DNA from: Bacilli bacterium
GTDB taxonomy: Bacteria; Bacillota_I; Bacilli_A; RF39; UBA660
Direction: 5' to 3'
Assembly (NCBI GenBank): GCA_030602345.1
Contig: JAUVZX010000001.1
Coordinates: 131,251-195,250 of the forward strand
Length of the DNA stretch: 64,000 nt
The notes under the pieces are model-generated. The model was not told the DNA's origin, did no database searches, and saw only the letters and a list, made by a program, of their open reading frames with translations. The translations under genes were made by a program, and so were the position numbers. Position 1 is the first letter of the stretch, and every line of letters begins with the position of its first letter. Positions 1 to 9,976 of the stretch are shown one piece after another.

Positions 1-495
1 CATCGATTTAGCACCTTGATTTTTGTTGATAACAATAATCAATGCTCCATCTTTTTTTAAATGATCTTTGGCACCTACTAATAAACTAATTAGTTTTTCT
101 TTACCTACTCTTATTGGAGGATTACTAATAATAAAATCATATTTTTGATTTATCTTTTCATAACCATCACTCATAAAAGCATTAATATCTACTTTATTTA
201 ATTTAGCATTTTTAATAGCTAACTTTAAACTTCTTTCATTAATATCAATCATATCCATTTCAACATTAAAGACTTTTTTTAAATATATACCAATTGGTCC
301 ATATCCACACCCTAAATCTAGTACACTTCCTTCAACAAAATCAATTGCTTCTAATAAAGTTCTTGTCCCAAAATCTAGTCCTTGCTTTGAAAAAACACCT
401 TTGTCTGTATAAAATTTTAAGTGAGTTTCTTTGATATTAACATTAACTAATTCTTCTTTAGAATCTAATTTTTCATTAGTAAAATAATGTCCCAT
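1..495 (-). CDS. Class I SAM-dependent methyltransferase, partial (YbxB/RsmC-like; 3' end beyond window start)
   Basis: Minus-strand reading from ATG at 495 (RBS AGGTGA upstream) gives MGHYFTNEKLDSKEELVNV...LDLGCGYGPIGIYL...ISNPPIRVGKE, with a GxGxG SAM motif and an NPPI-like motif. Its position downstream of rplL matches B. subtilis rplJ-rplL-ybxB synteny. It is absent from the ORF track because it is truncated. Confidence 0.6.
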   Translation of the reverse strand, partial: MGHYFTNEKLDSKEELVNVNIKETHLKFYTDKGVFSKQGLDFGTRTLLEAIDFVEGSVLDLGCGYGPIGIYLKKVFNVEMDMIDINERSLKLAIKNAKLNKVDINAFMSDGYEKINQKYDFIISNPPIRVGKEKLISLLVGAKDHLKKDGALIIVINKNQGAKSM

Positions 496-563
496 TTTTA
501 TCACCTATATAAACATTGAAAGCCCATACTACAAGTAGTATAGGCTAATTAAAAGTTTTTTTA

Positions 564-932
564 TTATTTAACTTCTACAGTTGCGCCAGCTTCATCGAAT
601 TTAGCTTTTAATTCTTCTGCTTCTTCTTTAGAGATGTTTTCTTTAACAGCTCCACCTGCATCTGCGATATCTTTAGCTTCTTTTAATCCTAAACCTGTGA
701 TTTCACGGATAACTTTGATAACTGCTATTTTATTAGCACCAGCTGCTGTTAATACTAAACTAACTTTTACTGGTCCTGTTTCTTCTTCTGCCGCTGCAGG
801 AGCTGCTGCTACTGCTACTGAACTTGGATCAACACCAAATTCCTCTTTCATTGCGTCTACTAAAGCTAATACTTCTAACATAGACATTTCTTTTAATCCA
901 CTAATGAATTCTTCTTTTGTAAATTTTGCCAT
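564..932 (-). CDS. rplL: 50S ribosomal protein L7/L12
   Basis: Translation [21 protein letters not shown]...AGATVEVK has the typical L7/L12 N-terminal dimerisation and C-terminal domain sequence. Confidence 0.95.
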   Translation of the reverse strand: MAKFTKEEFISGLKEMSMLEVLALVDAMKEEFGVDPSSVAVAAAPAAAEEETGPVKVSLVLTAAGANKIAVIKVIREITGLGLKEAKDIADAGGAVKENISKEEAEELKAKFDEAGATVEVK

Positions 933-934
933 TT

Positions 935-1429
935 TTATTTTCCTCCTATTTCTTTACTATATAAATCTAATGCGATAGCTAAGTTTTTAAATGGTGCTAT
1001 CATACCATAAGCTAACATTGTATATAAACCATCTCTTCCCGGGATAGTTGCTAAATGTTGTAATCCGTTTGCATCTACTACTGAACCGTCTACATATCCA
1101 ACTTTCATAACTAGTGCTTTATTCTTCTTAGCGAAGTCACTAAGTACTTTAATTGGGGCGATTGCATCTTTACCAAATGCAAATGCTTTAGGTCCATTTA
1201 AGTGCTCGTCAACATTTATGTCTAAACTTTCAAAAGCTAGTTTTGCTAAAGTATTTTTATATACTTTTAGTTCAGCATCATTGTCTCTTAATTTTTTTCT
1301 TAAATCTGTTAATTGAGCAACTGATAATCCATGATATTCAAATAACACTACTGTTGCTGAATCTTTTGTTTTATTAGCTATTTCATTAACTGTTTCTTTT
1401 TTTAAATTAAGAATCTTTTCGTTTGCCAT
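935..1429 (-). CDS. rplJ: 50S ribosomal protein L10
   Basis: 164 aa with L10-like sequence, lying immediately upstream of rplL in the conserved operon. Confidence 0.92.
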   Translation of the reverse strand: MANEKILNLKKETVNEIANKTKDSATVVLFEYHGLSVAQLTDLRKKLRDNDAELKVYKNTLAKLAFESLDINVDEHLNGPKAFAFGKDAIAPIKVLSDFAKKNKALVMKVGYVDGSVVDANGLQHLATIPGRDGLYTMLAYGMIAPFKNLAIALDLYSKEIGGK

Positions 1430-1580
1430 TCTCTCACCTCTCTAGCCGTATAAAAAAACCTGCACGTAGCAGGCGAAAAAACTTAGTTATAACTTAAGTT
1501 CCTCGGCAGGAAATATTAAGCTTTCGCTCCTGCTGTCTACGGTCTTTTTTAATTTTTAACAAATTTATTATATCAAATCA
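1430..1580 (-). promoter_or_regulatory. Putative L10(L12) leader / rplJ 5' UTR regulatory structure
   Basis: A structured, GC-enriched 150 nt intergenic region upstream of rplJ (gcctgcacgtagcaggc hairpin etc.). This is the expected position of the Firmicute L10 leader autoregulatory element. Confidence 0.4.
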
Positions 1581-1581
1581 A

Positions 1582-2280
1582 TTATTGATTGTCAAAGCTT
1601 TTATGATCTAATTTGATACCAGGTCCCATTGTTGAAGATAGTGTTACATTTTTAACATAATCTCCTTTTACAGTACTTGGTTTTGCTTTTAAAAGCACAT
1701 TATATATTGCATTAAAGTTAGCCATTAAATCATTAACATCGAATGAAACTTTTCCTAAGATAACAGCAACGTTACCATAGTCATCAGCACGATATTCGAC
1801 TTTTCCTTTTTTAACTTCTTCAACTGCTTTTTTAGTATCAGTAGTTACTGTTCCTGTTTTAGGATTTGGCATAAGACCTTTAGGTCCTAAAATTTTACCA
1901 ATTTTTCCTAAAGCTGGCATCATGTCTGGAGTAGCAATCATAACGTCGAAATCAAACCATTGTTCTTTTTCGATTTTTTCGATCATGTCCATGTCTCCAA
2001 CATAATCAGCTCCTGCTTCTTTAGCTGCAGCTTGTGCATCTCCTTTAGCAATAACTAATACTTTTTGAACTTTACCAGTTCCTTTTGGTAAAACAACTGC
2101 TCCTCTTACTTGTTGATCTGCTTTTTTAGTATCAACATTTAAGTGAACAACTAATTCAACTGTTTCATCGAATTTAGCTCTTGCAGTTTCTTTTACTAAA
2201 GCTAAACCTTCTTCTTTTGAATAAAGTTTACCTTTTTCTACTTTTGTCAAAGTAGCAATATAATTCTTTCCTCTTTTCAT
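1582..2280 (-). CDS. rplA: 50S ribosomal protein L1
   Basis: 232 aa with an L1 family sequence (…[17 protein letters not shown]…). Confidence 0.95.
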   Translation of the reverse strand: MKRGKNYIATLTKVEKGKLYSKEEGLALVKETARAKFDETVELVVHLNVDTKKADQQVRGAVVLPKGTGKVQKVLVIAKGDAQAAAKEAGADYVGDMDMIEKIEKEQWFDFDVMIATPDMMPALGKIGKILGPKGLMPNPKTGTVTTDTKKAVEEVKKGKVEYRADDYGNVAVILGKVSFDVNDLMANFNAIYNVLLKAKPSTVKGDYVKNVTLSSTMGPGIKLDHKSFDNQ

Positions 2281-2352
2281 TTTTCCTCCTTATGTGGTAT
2301 ATGCGGATATTCCTCCCACATAGGTATTACCTATGTTAAGTTTTGGTTATTA
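2281..2352 (-). promoter_or_regulatory. Putative L1-binding regulatory hairpin in the rplK-rplA intergenic region
   Basis: Inverted repeat ccttatgtgg...ccacatagg lies just upstream of the rplA RBS. L1 autoregulatory 23S-mimic sites occur in this position in some bacteria. Confidence 0.3.
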
Positions 2353-2817
2353 TTATTCTTCGATTTTTACGCCCATGTTTTTAGCTGTTCCTGCAACAAT
2401 TTTCATTGCATTGTCTAAATCATTAGCGTTTAAATCTGGCATTTTTGTTTCAGCGATTTCTTTTAATTGATCTTTTGTTAAAGTAGCAACAGTTTCTTTA
2501 TTTCCTTTTGCTCCACCTTTTTGTAAACCTGAAACTTTTTTAATCAAGTATGATGTTGGCGAAGTTTTAACAACAAAGTCAAAACTACGGTCTTCATAGA
2601 TTGATATTTCAATAGGTACTATATCACCCATTTTATCTTTAGTAGCATCGTTTACTCTAGTACAGAATTCATTTAAGTTAATCCCTGTAGGTCCTAAAAC
2701 TGTTCCTACTGGTGGAGCAGCTGTTGCTCTACCGGCATTGATGTTTAATTTAATTTTTTTAGTAACTTGTTTTGCCACGAAAAACACCTCCTTATATTTT
2801 TTTCGCGTGTGGTCCAA
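2353..2817 (-). CDS. rplK: 50S ribosomal protein L11
   Basis: 154 aa L11 sequence with a conserved PPVGTVLGP motif. Confidence 0.95.
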   Translation of the reverse strand: MDHTRKKYKEVFFVAKQVTKKIKLNINAGRATAAPPVGTVLGPTGINLNEFCTRVNDATKDKMGDIVPIEISIYEDRSFDFVVKTSPTSYLIKKVSGLQKGGAKGNKETVATLTKDQLKEIAETKMPDLNANDLDNAMKIVAGTAKNMGVKIEE

Positions 2818-2898
2818 ATAGCATCCGCGCCTCCCACTTGTTTCCTATATATAAATATATAGCTACATCATATTATCATAGTTTTTTTAAAAAAACAA

Positions 2899-3432
2899 CT
2901 ATATACGATCTATTTCATTAAAATCTAAATCAACACGTGTTTCTTGACCAAATAGATCAATATCTACGCCTAATTTTTGATTATCCATATCAATTTCCTT
3001 AACTTTTGCAAACATGCCTGCAAACGGTCCAGAAACGATTTTAATAGTCTCATCAACTTTGAAGTTACTATCAACTTCAACTCTTCTAAGACCCATGTTA
3101 GATAAAATATTATCTACTTCTTCTTTTGTCAAAGGGAAAGGCTTTTCACCCTTACCTGAAGAACCGATAAATCCTGTAACACCCGGTGTATTTCTAACAA
3201 CAAACCATGCCTCATCAGTCATCATCATTTCAACTAAAATGTAACCAGGAAACATTTTTTTAACTTTTTCCTTTTGAACACCATCTTTGAACTCAACTTC
3301 TGTTTGTTCTGGAACTATTATACGAAAGATATAATCTTCCATTCCCATTGTATTCACACGCATCTGAAGCTTTTCTTTAACTTTAGATTCATGCCCTGAA
3401 TACGTATTTGCTACATACCATTCTTTTTGCAT
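2899..3432 (-). CDS. nusG: Transcription termination/antitermination factor NusG
   Basis: 177 aa with an NGN domain and a C-terminal KOW motif (…IVSGPFAGMFAKVKEID…), in secE-nusG-rplK synteny. Confidence 0.9.
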   Translation of the reverse strand: MQKEWYVANTYSGHESKVKEKLQMRVNTMGMEDYIFRIIVPEQTEVEFKDGVQKEKVKKMFPGYILVEMMMTDEAWFVVRNTPGVTGFIGSSGKGEKPFPLTKEEVDNILSNMGLRRVEVDSNFKVDETIKIVSGPFAGMFAKVKEIDMDNQKLGVDIDLFGQETRVDLDFNEIDRI

Positions 3433-3614
3433 TATGATCTCACCAATAGTTTAAAGAATGCAATGATTAAATCTGATAAGAAAAAGAATGCTGATAAAAC
3501 AAAAATAAATCCGATTGTTGCAACAGAATACATAACCATCTCTTTTCTTGATGGAAAATGCACTTTACTAACTTCTTTTCTAACAGAGTATACAAAATCT
3601 TGTACTTTCTTCAT
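3432..3614 (-). CDS. secE: Preprotein translocase subunit SecE
   Basis: 60 aa single-TM protein immediately upstream of nusG. Confidence 0.8.
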   Translation of the reverse strand: MKKVQDFVYSVRKEVSKVHFPSRKEMVMYSVATIGFIFVLSAFFFLSDLIIAFFKLLVRS

Positions 3615-3712
3615 ATTTCTCCTCTTTTTTCCAATTAAAAAACACTTACTCGTGTCTATATATAATATAGCACTTATTAATTTTTATGTCAATAAAAAAG
3701 AGCTATTGCTCT

Positions 3713-4144
3713 TTATCTTATATAATGATTGTTTAATTCCTCATTCATCTTAGAATGATATATGTCATTCATTTCTTTCAAAAGGTTCTCTAGAACTTGT
3801 TCTTTATTTTTTATTTCAAAACCTTTTTTCATTTTAAATTGCAAACTCTCAAATCTCATAACCATTAAATCATATCGTTCTTTTTCTGCAAGCTCTGTTG
3901 GTGACAAATCTTTTCTTAAATATTCTTGTCCCAAAATAGAAACTAAAGCTGAAAACTCTAAACTTAGTAATTCAAACAAAACTTTTTCTTTTTTTTCTTG
4001 TTCTAAATAATCTATTTCAATTGTATTATCTACTATATGATTCAAAAACTCATGATTTTTTAAATTGCCTCCAAAAGTAAGATTTGATAAAGAGTTGCTC
4101 AAATCTATGTATTCATTTTTATATCTTAAACTTAATCTTTCCAT
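3713..4144 (-). CDS. Hypothetical cytoplasmic protein
   Basis: 143 aa ORF with no recognisable motif. Confidence 0.4.
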   Translation of the reverse strand: MERLSLRYKNEYIDLSNSLSNLTFGGNLKNHEFLNHIVDNTIEIDYLEQEKKEKVLFELLSLEFSALVSILGQEYLRKDLSPTELAEKERYDLMVMRFESLQFKMKKGFEIKNKEQVLENLLKEMNDIYHSKMNEELNNHYIR

Positions 4145-4217
4145 ACTATCTCCTAGTTTGATTATATCAAAAAAAAGAAAACAATAACTATTTTCTTTTT
4201 AAATATGTAAACAATAT

Positions 4218-5009
4218 TTACTTATCTTTTTTATAGTAATATGCGTTTATAGCAATTCCTAAAACAAATAAGTATGACAATAAATATATCCAAAACATTA
4301 AAATAACAATATTAGATAAATTACCATAAAATAAACTATAGTTTGCAAAGTTATTTACATAAAATGAATATACATAAGTTACAATGGTAAAACCAACTGT
4401 AACAAATAAAGCACCCTTATTCATATATTTACTCGGAATTGGACTATCCGGTGCAATAGTATATAAAGTTTTAACAAAGAAATATATTAGAGCCATTGAT
4501 AAAGGCCACTTAAATATTTCAATTAATAAATATACTTCTGTTTTAAACCACTCTAAACTTAATACAAAGTTAAGTAATGTCGTACCAAATGCAAGACCAA
4601 ATCCAATTATAATAAACATCGTAATTAGCATAAATAACATAATTACTGCTTTAACTCTTCTTTTTATAAAAGATCCTGCAGGTAAATCAAATAACCAATT
4701 AGATGCTAATATTACTGAATTAGATCCATTAGACGCTACAATAAAACCAAATATCATAAATGAGATAGTATTTACTGAAGCCGGTTGTGATACTAAACTA
4801 CTCAATATTCTAATCATATCTTCTGGAATAGAATCTTTAATCACTAGATTAAAAATATCAATCATAAATTGAAAATTAACTAAAATATATGTTGTCAAAG
4901 TTAATAAGGGAACTAAAGATAATACTAAGAAAAAAGCTAGTTGTCCCGGTAAAACTCTCATTTGCTGATTAATAATCAGAGGTTTTACTTTTTCAATAAT
5001 TTTTAACAT
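4218..5009 (-). CDS. YihY/BrkB family membrane protein
   Basis: Polytopic membrane protein whose N-terminus (LAFFLVLSLVPLL) matches the YihY/virulence factor BrkB signature. Confidence 0.65.
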   Translation of the reverse strand: MLKIIEKVKPLIINQQMRVLPGQLAFFLVLSLVPLLTLTTYILVNFQFMIDIFNLVIKDSIPEDMIRILSSLVSQPASVNTISFMIFGFIVASNGSNSVILASNWLFDLPAGSFIKRRVKAVIMLFMLITMFIIIGFGLAFGTTLLNFVLSLEWFKTEVYLLIEIFKWPLSMALIYFFVKTLYTIAPDSPIPSKYMNKGALFVTVGFTIVTYVYSFYVNNFANYSLFYGNLSNIVILMFWIYLLSYLFVLGIAINAYYYKKDK

Positions 5010-7030
5010 TATTCTTCCTCTTTGTTCTCTCTCATTTCTGTAGCAGCTTCATTTATCGCATCATCAATCGTTTTAATTTCATCTAAGATCATACTATATC
5101 CTAATGCTGCTCCAAACCCATGATCTAAATCTTTTAATTCTTTATTTAGTTTTCTCATATATAAGATCACTGCTCTTTCGTCATGTCCAACCATATAAAT
5201 TAAAAATTCGTTACCATCAGTTCTCATGATTTCACTGTTTTCAATTTGATTGTTAATTAAAACATTAGCAGCTTCTGCAATAATACGGTCACCCTCTTGA
5301 TAACCATAATTATCATTAATATAAGCTATATTATTTAAATCTATTATAATTACTGACTGAGGGTAAATGCTTGAATTATCCCATTTTTCAATATGATCAT
5401 TTAAATAATTTCTATTTTTCAAAGACGTTAACATATCAACATATTTTAATTTATCACTCTTAGTTAAAGAAACATCTTTTCTTTTTTTGTTTTTAAAGTA
5501 TTTTTTATATCCTAAGAAACCAAATGTTGCAAAGAATAAAACATATCCAAATAAGTTAAAGATGATCAATGATAGTGATAATTGATCTTTTTCAACCATC
5601 TCTAATGAAGCTTCTTTTATTACTTCTTGACGATTCACATATGAAGCAAAAAATTTAAAATAATCATTAAATATTTCATTATTACTTACATCTCTTAATA
5701 CGAAATTATAATTATCCATATCAACTAACTTTACCATTCCGTAATTATTAAATAATGATTTATTGTAAATGTATGTATGATAGTCTAATAAAATAACTTC
5801 TGAATTAGTATTACTCAATTCTTTAACATTCCTTGATAAGATAGGAGTTTCATTATAATTAGCAACAATACTATGAAGATGACTATCTTTTAATACTCCC
5901 ACTTTTAAATTAGCTAAACTATTTAAATTATTATATAAAGCTTTGGTCTTTCCATTTAGTAAAACAACATAATGATTATCAAAAATATCAACTGTTTCTA
6001 AATAATCTCCTTTGTGTTCAAAAGGATAAATATTATCATAATATAAGTCTAAATCATTAGCATCAAAAGCTTTAAATAATGATTCTTTATTACTATATGA
6101 TTTATATGTTATTTCAACATCTGCTAATCTCGAAAATCTTTTTAATAAAGTACTGTTAAACCCAACTAAATCATTATTAACTACACCATCATATGGTAAT
6201 TGTTCTACTAATCCATAAACATATCTTTTACTTCTAAATTTAGCTCTTGTTTTAGAATCGATATTATTATATTTAAAATAATTAGAAGTAAAATAGCGAT
6301 TATAAATTGTTTCGAATTTATCGTTATACCATTTATTAAAGTATTTAGTAATAATAGAATTCAACCTATCATCATTAGCAAGACCAATTACATAATACTC
6401 ATTCATTCCATAAATATTATAGTTAATATATAATTGTCTAGTCATTAATTGTTCCAAAAAGACTACTTTAGGTAAAACAATATGAGTAACATCAACATCT
6501 AAATCCGCAATCATAACATCATATGAAACATATGGTTTGTAAGTTGCACCTTCAATATCTGATAAGTTTAGTGAAGCTGTTGTCATAAAGTCCTCTAAAA
6601 CACCAATTTTAAGTTCTTTAACGCCAGTTAAAGATGGATAATATTCCTCTTTCAAAGAAACTAAGACATAATTGTCTTCTAATAATAGTAAGTCATTTTT
6701 TCTTAATTTAGATACTTTTTCTAAAGAATATATTTTAGATAAGTCTGCTCCTACTCCATAAGTAGTTTTATTGAAAGATAGTTTTGTATCTCTTTCAAAA
6801 TCTGCTATAAAGTCAAAAATAAGACCTGAACCATCCACATTAAAAATAGGTACATTATTAGGTATCGAAAAATCAAATACCTTATTTTTATTACTCTCAA
6901 TCCACTGTCTATCTAACAAACTAAGAGTCGTATTTTCATCTTCTTTATTTAAGAAATAATAAACTATTGAAGACAAAAAGAAAATTATAGCTAATACAAT
7001 AATTAATTTTTTTATTTGTTCCCTACTCAT
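5009..7030 (-). CDS. Membrane protein with large extracytoplasmic domain and C-terminal degenerate GGDEF domain
   Basis: 673 aa. There is an N-terminal TM helix, a ~450 aa external domain and a second TM helix. The C-terminal ~170 aa looks like a diguanylate-cyclase fold with DGNEF in place of GG(D/E)EF. Confidence 0.55.
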   Translation of the reverse strand: MSREQIKKLIIVLAIIFFLSSIVYYFLNKEDENTTLSLLDRQWIESNKNKVFDFSIPNNVPIFNVDGSGLIFDFIADFERDTKLSFNKTTYGVGADLSKIYSLEKVSKLRKNDLLLLEDNYVLVSLKEEYYPSLTGVKELKIGVLEDFMTTASLNLSDIEGATYKPYVSYDVMIADLDVDVTHIVLPKVVFLEQLMTRQLYINYNIYGMNEYYVIGLANDDRLNSIITKYFNKWYNDKFETIYNRYFTSNYFKYNNIDSKTRAKFRSKRYVYGLVEQLPYDGVVNNDLVGFNSTLLKRFSRLADVEITYKSYSNKESLFKAFDANDLDLYYDNIYPFEHKGDYLETVDIFDNHYVVLLNGKTKALYNNLNSLANLKVGVLKDSHLHSIVANYNETPILSRNVKELSNTNSEVILLDYHTYIYNKSLFNNYGMVKLVDMDNYNFVLRDVSNNEIFNDYFKFFASYVNRQEVIKEASLEMVEKDQLSLSLIIFNLFGYVLFFATFGFLGYKKYFKNKKRKDVSLTKSDKLKYVDMLTSLKNRNYLNDHIEKWDNSSIYPQSVIIIDLNNIAYINDNYGYQEGDRIIAEAANVLINNQIENSEIMRTDGNEFLIYMVGHDERAVILYMRKLNKELKDLDHGFGAALGYSMILDEIKTIDDAINEAATEMRENKEEE

Positions 7031-7038
7031 AATTCCTC

Positions 7039-7569
7039 CTAGTTATTACTCCAAATAAATACATTTGAAGTGCGATGTTTGTATCCTATTTTAACTGTTT
7101 CTCCTTGTGAAACAAACAATTGCAAATCATAATACTCTAAATTGTCTTCTTTAACTCCCGCTAAAAAGGCATCCTCAACAAATTTAAAGTTAGTTAATTT
7201 CAAGTCTTCCTTCAAAACAACTGTTACATATACTATTCTTCCTTGTTCTCTGACACTAAAAGACTCTATCTTATCATCTAATGCGTCAAACCTTGTTTCT
7301 AAGTGTTTCATATCTAAAACATACTCGCTTTTATTAGCTAATCTATTCCCATATAAATCTTCTTTGCTATTTGCTAAAGTAACTAAATATACAGCATACA
7401 AAAAGAATATTATAAATATAACTAAAATAGTTACTAGAGTTAATTTAAACCAATTCTTTTTAACAAATTCATTACCTTTTTTAACAGCTTTTTTACTTTT
7501 TACCATAACATCTCCTAAAAGAATTTTTATTTTTTTATAATGAGTTTTAAAATCCATCTTCTCACCCAT
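7039..7569 (-). CDS. Hypothetical membrane-anchored protein
   Basis: 176 aa with a single N-proximal TM helix. Confidence 0.4.
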   Translation of the reverse strand: MGEKMDFKTHYKKIKILLGDVMVKSKKAVKKGNEFVKKNWFKLTLVTILVIFIIFFLYAVYLVTLANSKEDLYGNRLANKSEYVLDMKHLETRFDALDDKIESFSVREQGRIVYVTVVLKEDLKLTNFKFVEDAFLAGVKEDNLEYYDLQLFVSQGETVKIGYKHRTSNVFIWSNN

Positions 7570-7600
7570 TTAATATTATATCATAAAAAAAGACATGTGT

Positions 7601-7960
7601 TTAGTTAACTGTAACTTTATAAACATGTCGATTATTTTCTAAAGTAATCGTAATAAAAGTATCATTAGAAAACCTTTGTTTAGTCTTAGGATTAATTAAT
7701 TCTCGTTTAATATATCCTCCATTTTTTAGTTCTTCTAATGAAACAATATAACTTTGACCATTTATTCTAGGTAAGTTTTCAGGATAATCAACTTCCCAAT
7801 TTTTAACTGCACTTACCATTAATTTAATTTGAACTTCATATGCACTGTCTGCAGAACCTTTAATATAACGATCAATCGATGGAATAACAATCGCCGACAC
7901 TAGTGCTAAAACGACAATAACTGCCAATATTTCCATTAAAGTAAATCCTTTATTTTTCAT
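7601..7960 (-). CDS. Type IV pilin / competence pseudopilin ComGC-like
   Basis: MKNKGFTLMEILAVIVVLALV has a class III signal (G|FTLxE, Glu+5). At 119 aa it is ComGC/major-pilin sized. Confidence 0.75.
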   Translation of the reverse strand: MKNKGFTLMEILAVIVVLALVSAIVIPSIDRYIKGSADSAYEVQIKLMVSAVKNWEVDYPENLPRINGQSYIVSLEELKNGGYIKRELINPKTKQRFSNDTFITITLENNRHVYKVTVN

Positions 7961-8002
7961 ATAATCACCTACTTTAATTATAACATAAAAAAAGAAATAA
8001 TT

Positions 8003-8407
8003 TTATTTCTTTTTACTGTTTTCTAATTTAGAAACTACATCTTTAGCTACTATTAAAGCTTCTTCTTTTAAATTTTCTACTGCCTCTTCTACTAAAGGTT
8101 GTCCTTTTTCCTTAGCCATCTTTAACATTTCATCTAATTTCTTTTCGATTGCTTTAGATGCTTTTTTAGCATTTGCTAAAACTTTTTCTTTATTTAAAGA
8201 TTCTATTTCTTTTTTAATTTCTTCCATTTTTAGAAGAGCGTTTTCTTTAACTTCTTCCAAGTCAATTTCTTCAATTCTTTTTAGAACTAAGTCCATTTCC
8301 TTTTTTAAAATTTCTCTCGTTTCTTTACCACTTCTAGGTGCAAATAAAACTCCTAATGAAGCTCCAATAGCAGCTCCTGCTAAAAACTTCGATAATCCTT
8401 TTTTCAT
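8003..8407 (-). CDS. YtxH-like general stress protein
   Basis: N-terminus MKKGLSKFLAGAAIGASLGVLFAP followed by a coiled-coil region, typical of the YtxH family. Confidence 0.6.
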   Translation of the reverse strand: MKKGLSKFLAGAAIGASLGVLFAPRSGKETREILKKEMDLVLKRIEEIDLEEVKENALLKMEEIKKEIESLNKEKVLANAKKASKAIEKKLDEMLKMAKEKGQPLVEEAVENLKEEALIVAKDVVSKLENSKKK

Positions 8408-8408
8408 T

Positions 8409-8681
8409 TTACTCTCCTTTTTTTCCTTTAAAAATATAACTTAATACATTTACAATGCCATTTACAAATAGATCACTTACTGTTGACAAACCATCTGCAG
8501 TAGAATCAATAATATCAAAGACGCCATTTAGCTTTTTTGATTTACTATTCACATCATCTAAAGTACGATCAATCTTGTCTAGTGTTGCCATTAATTTGAT
8601 AATTAATCTAATTGAATAAATCAATAATATGATTAATACAAAGTATATGACAATTGGCAAAAATTCATTTAAGTCAACCAT
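8409..8681 (-). CDS. DUF948 (YtxG-like) membrane protein
   Basis: 90 aa with an N-terminal TM helix and a coiled segment. It is adjacent to the ytxH-like gene, as in the B. subtilis ytxGH locus. Confidence 0.5.
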   Translation of the reverse strand: MVDLNEFLPIVIYFVLIILLIYSIRLIIKLMATLDKIDRTLDDVNSKSKKLNGVFDIIDSTADGLSTVSDLFVNGIVNVLSYIFKGKKGE

Positions 8682-8682
8682 C

Positions 8683-9342
8683 TTATTCTCCTTCCTTACT
8701 CAATTCATCTAACCAAGAAAATAAATCTTCTTGAATTGCAATCTCCTCTTTCGGTTCTTGAGTTGTTTTAGAAACATTAGCTACATAGTCTAATTTAACT
8801 TCTTCCTCTTCTTTTTTAGGAACATGTGCTACATAGTCTAATTTAACATCTTCTTTCATATCTTCGAATAAGTCTTGAGTAAAGCTTAACACTTCTGTTT
8901 TAGTAAAGTCTTTTTCATTAACCGTTTGTTCGATGACATCTTCCAAAGTGCCAAATGCTTTCTGTCTTACATCATCAATGCTAGCTTTTCTCGGTGGTCT
9001 TTGAATACCAATATTTTCTTTTGTTTTTATGTCTTCTTTTTTATAATTAGTATCCAGTACTCCATAGACAGGTGAAATGATTGGAGTTGGTTTAAAAGCT
9101 TTTGGAGCTTCTTTAACTCTTTCGCTTATCAACAAATCATTTTTTACCATTGGTTTTTTAATTTCTATGTCTTCGAAGTCTTTTTCATCAAAAAACAAAT
9201 TTCTTTTGACTTCTTTTATGTCTTCTTCCTCTTCCTCAACTGAAGGTATCTCCACTTTTGTCATTTTAGTAACAACTGGTTCAATTACCTCATCTTCTTC
9301 TTTAAAAAAATCTTTTATTTTATCAAACAATTCCATGTTCAC
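8683..9342 (-). CDS. Hypothetical acidic protein
   Basis: 219 aa, Glu/Asp/Lys-rich, with internal repeats (KKEEEEVKLDYVA x2). Confidence 0.4.
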   Translation of the reverse strand: MNMELFDKIKDFFKEEDEVIEPVVTKMTKVEIPSVEEEEEDIKEVKRNLFFDEKDFEDIEIKKPMVKNDLLISERVKEAPKAFKPTPIISPVYGVLDTNYKKEDIKTKENIGIQRPPRKASIDDVRQKAFGTLEDVIEQTVNEKDFTKTEVLSFTQDLFEDMKEDVKLDYVAHVPKKEEEEVKLDYVANVSKTTQEPKEEIAIQEDLFSWLDELSKEGE

Positions 9343-9344
9343 CT

Positions 9345-9974
9345 CTAATACCCATCTTCTTCTTCAGTATAAACTTCGATCCATTTCCTACTCAAACTCT
9401 CTGTGTTTTGGTTTGGAGAAAATATATTATATTGTCTTTCTCTACTTATAAAATAGTCTTGATTAAACATAAGTTTTATAACATTATCATTAAATTTAAT
9501 CGTCGACAAAATATAACTAGCATTTAAAATTGTGTTGTTTAAATTTCGTTCATTTACTAAGGCTTCTATTTTAGAATAATTATACATGAACTCTACGAAA
9601 TAAAGATTGTCTATTTTAGTTATTTCTAAATATCCTTTTCGATCATTATTATCGATTGCTTTAGAAAAATAAGCATCTTCATTTATTTCATATTCTACTT
9701 CCGTTTGATGAAAGTATCCAACTGCATCTATGTATAAATAATAGTAATTACCTGATGAATACAATTTTTCGTTTAATTCGAAAGTATCCACATAGTTAAC
9801 TCCCCTTGGTACATAGTATTTATATCCTTTTCCAACACGGTTGTATAAATCATTATCTTTAGATAATACAACATTTACAATATTGTCGATACTTTTAGTA
9901 TCTATTCTAACAACAGTACATGCAGATAAAAATAGTCCCAATGAAAGTATTAAAAATATTTTAATCTTTTTCAT
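9345..9974 (-). CDS. Lipoprotein
   Basis: Signal peptide with lipobox LSAC (MKKIKIFLILSLGLFLSAC). Confidence 0.6.
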   Translation of the reverse strand: MKKIKIFLILSLGLFLSACTVVRIDTKSIDNIVNVVLSKDNDLYNRVGKGYKYYVPRGVNYVDTFELNEKLYSSGNYYYLYIDAVGYFHQTEVEYEINEDAYFSKAIDNNDRKGYLEITKIDNLYFVEFMYNYSKIEALVNERNLNNTILNASYILSTIKFNDNVIKLMFNQDYFISRERQYNIFSPNQNTESLSRKWIEVYTEEEDGY

Positions 9975-9976
9975 TT

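Noticed and set aside
634-978. Plus-strand ORFs antisense to the minus-strand genes (e.g. 634..978, 3014..3244, 3427..3753, 4384..4872, 7142..7540, 11571..12065, 28299..28544, 35060..35623, 51832..52083, 60578..60847, 61251..61553)
   Set aside because: Each lies wholly inside a well-supported minus-strand gene. They are low-complexity (Ser/Leu/Ile/Phe-rich) with no RBS or domain, and are typical AT-rich antisense artefacts.
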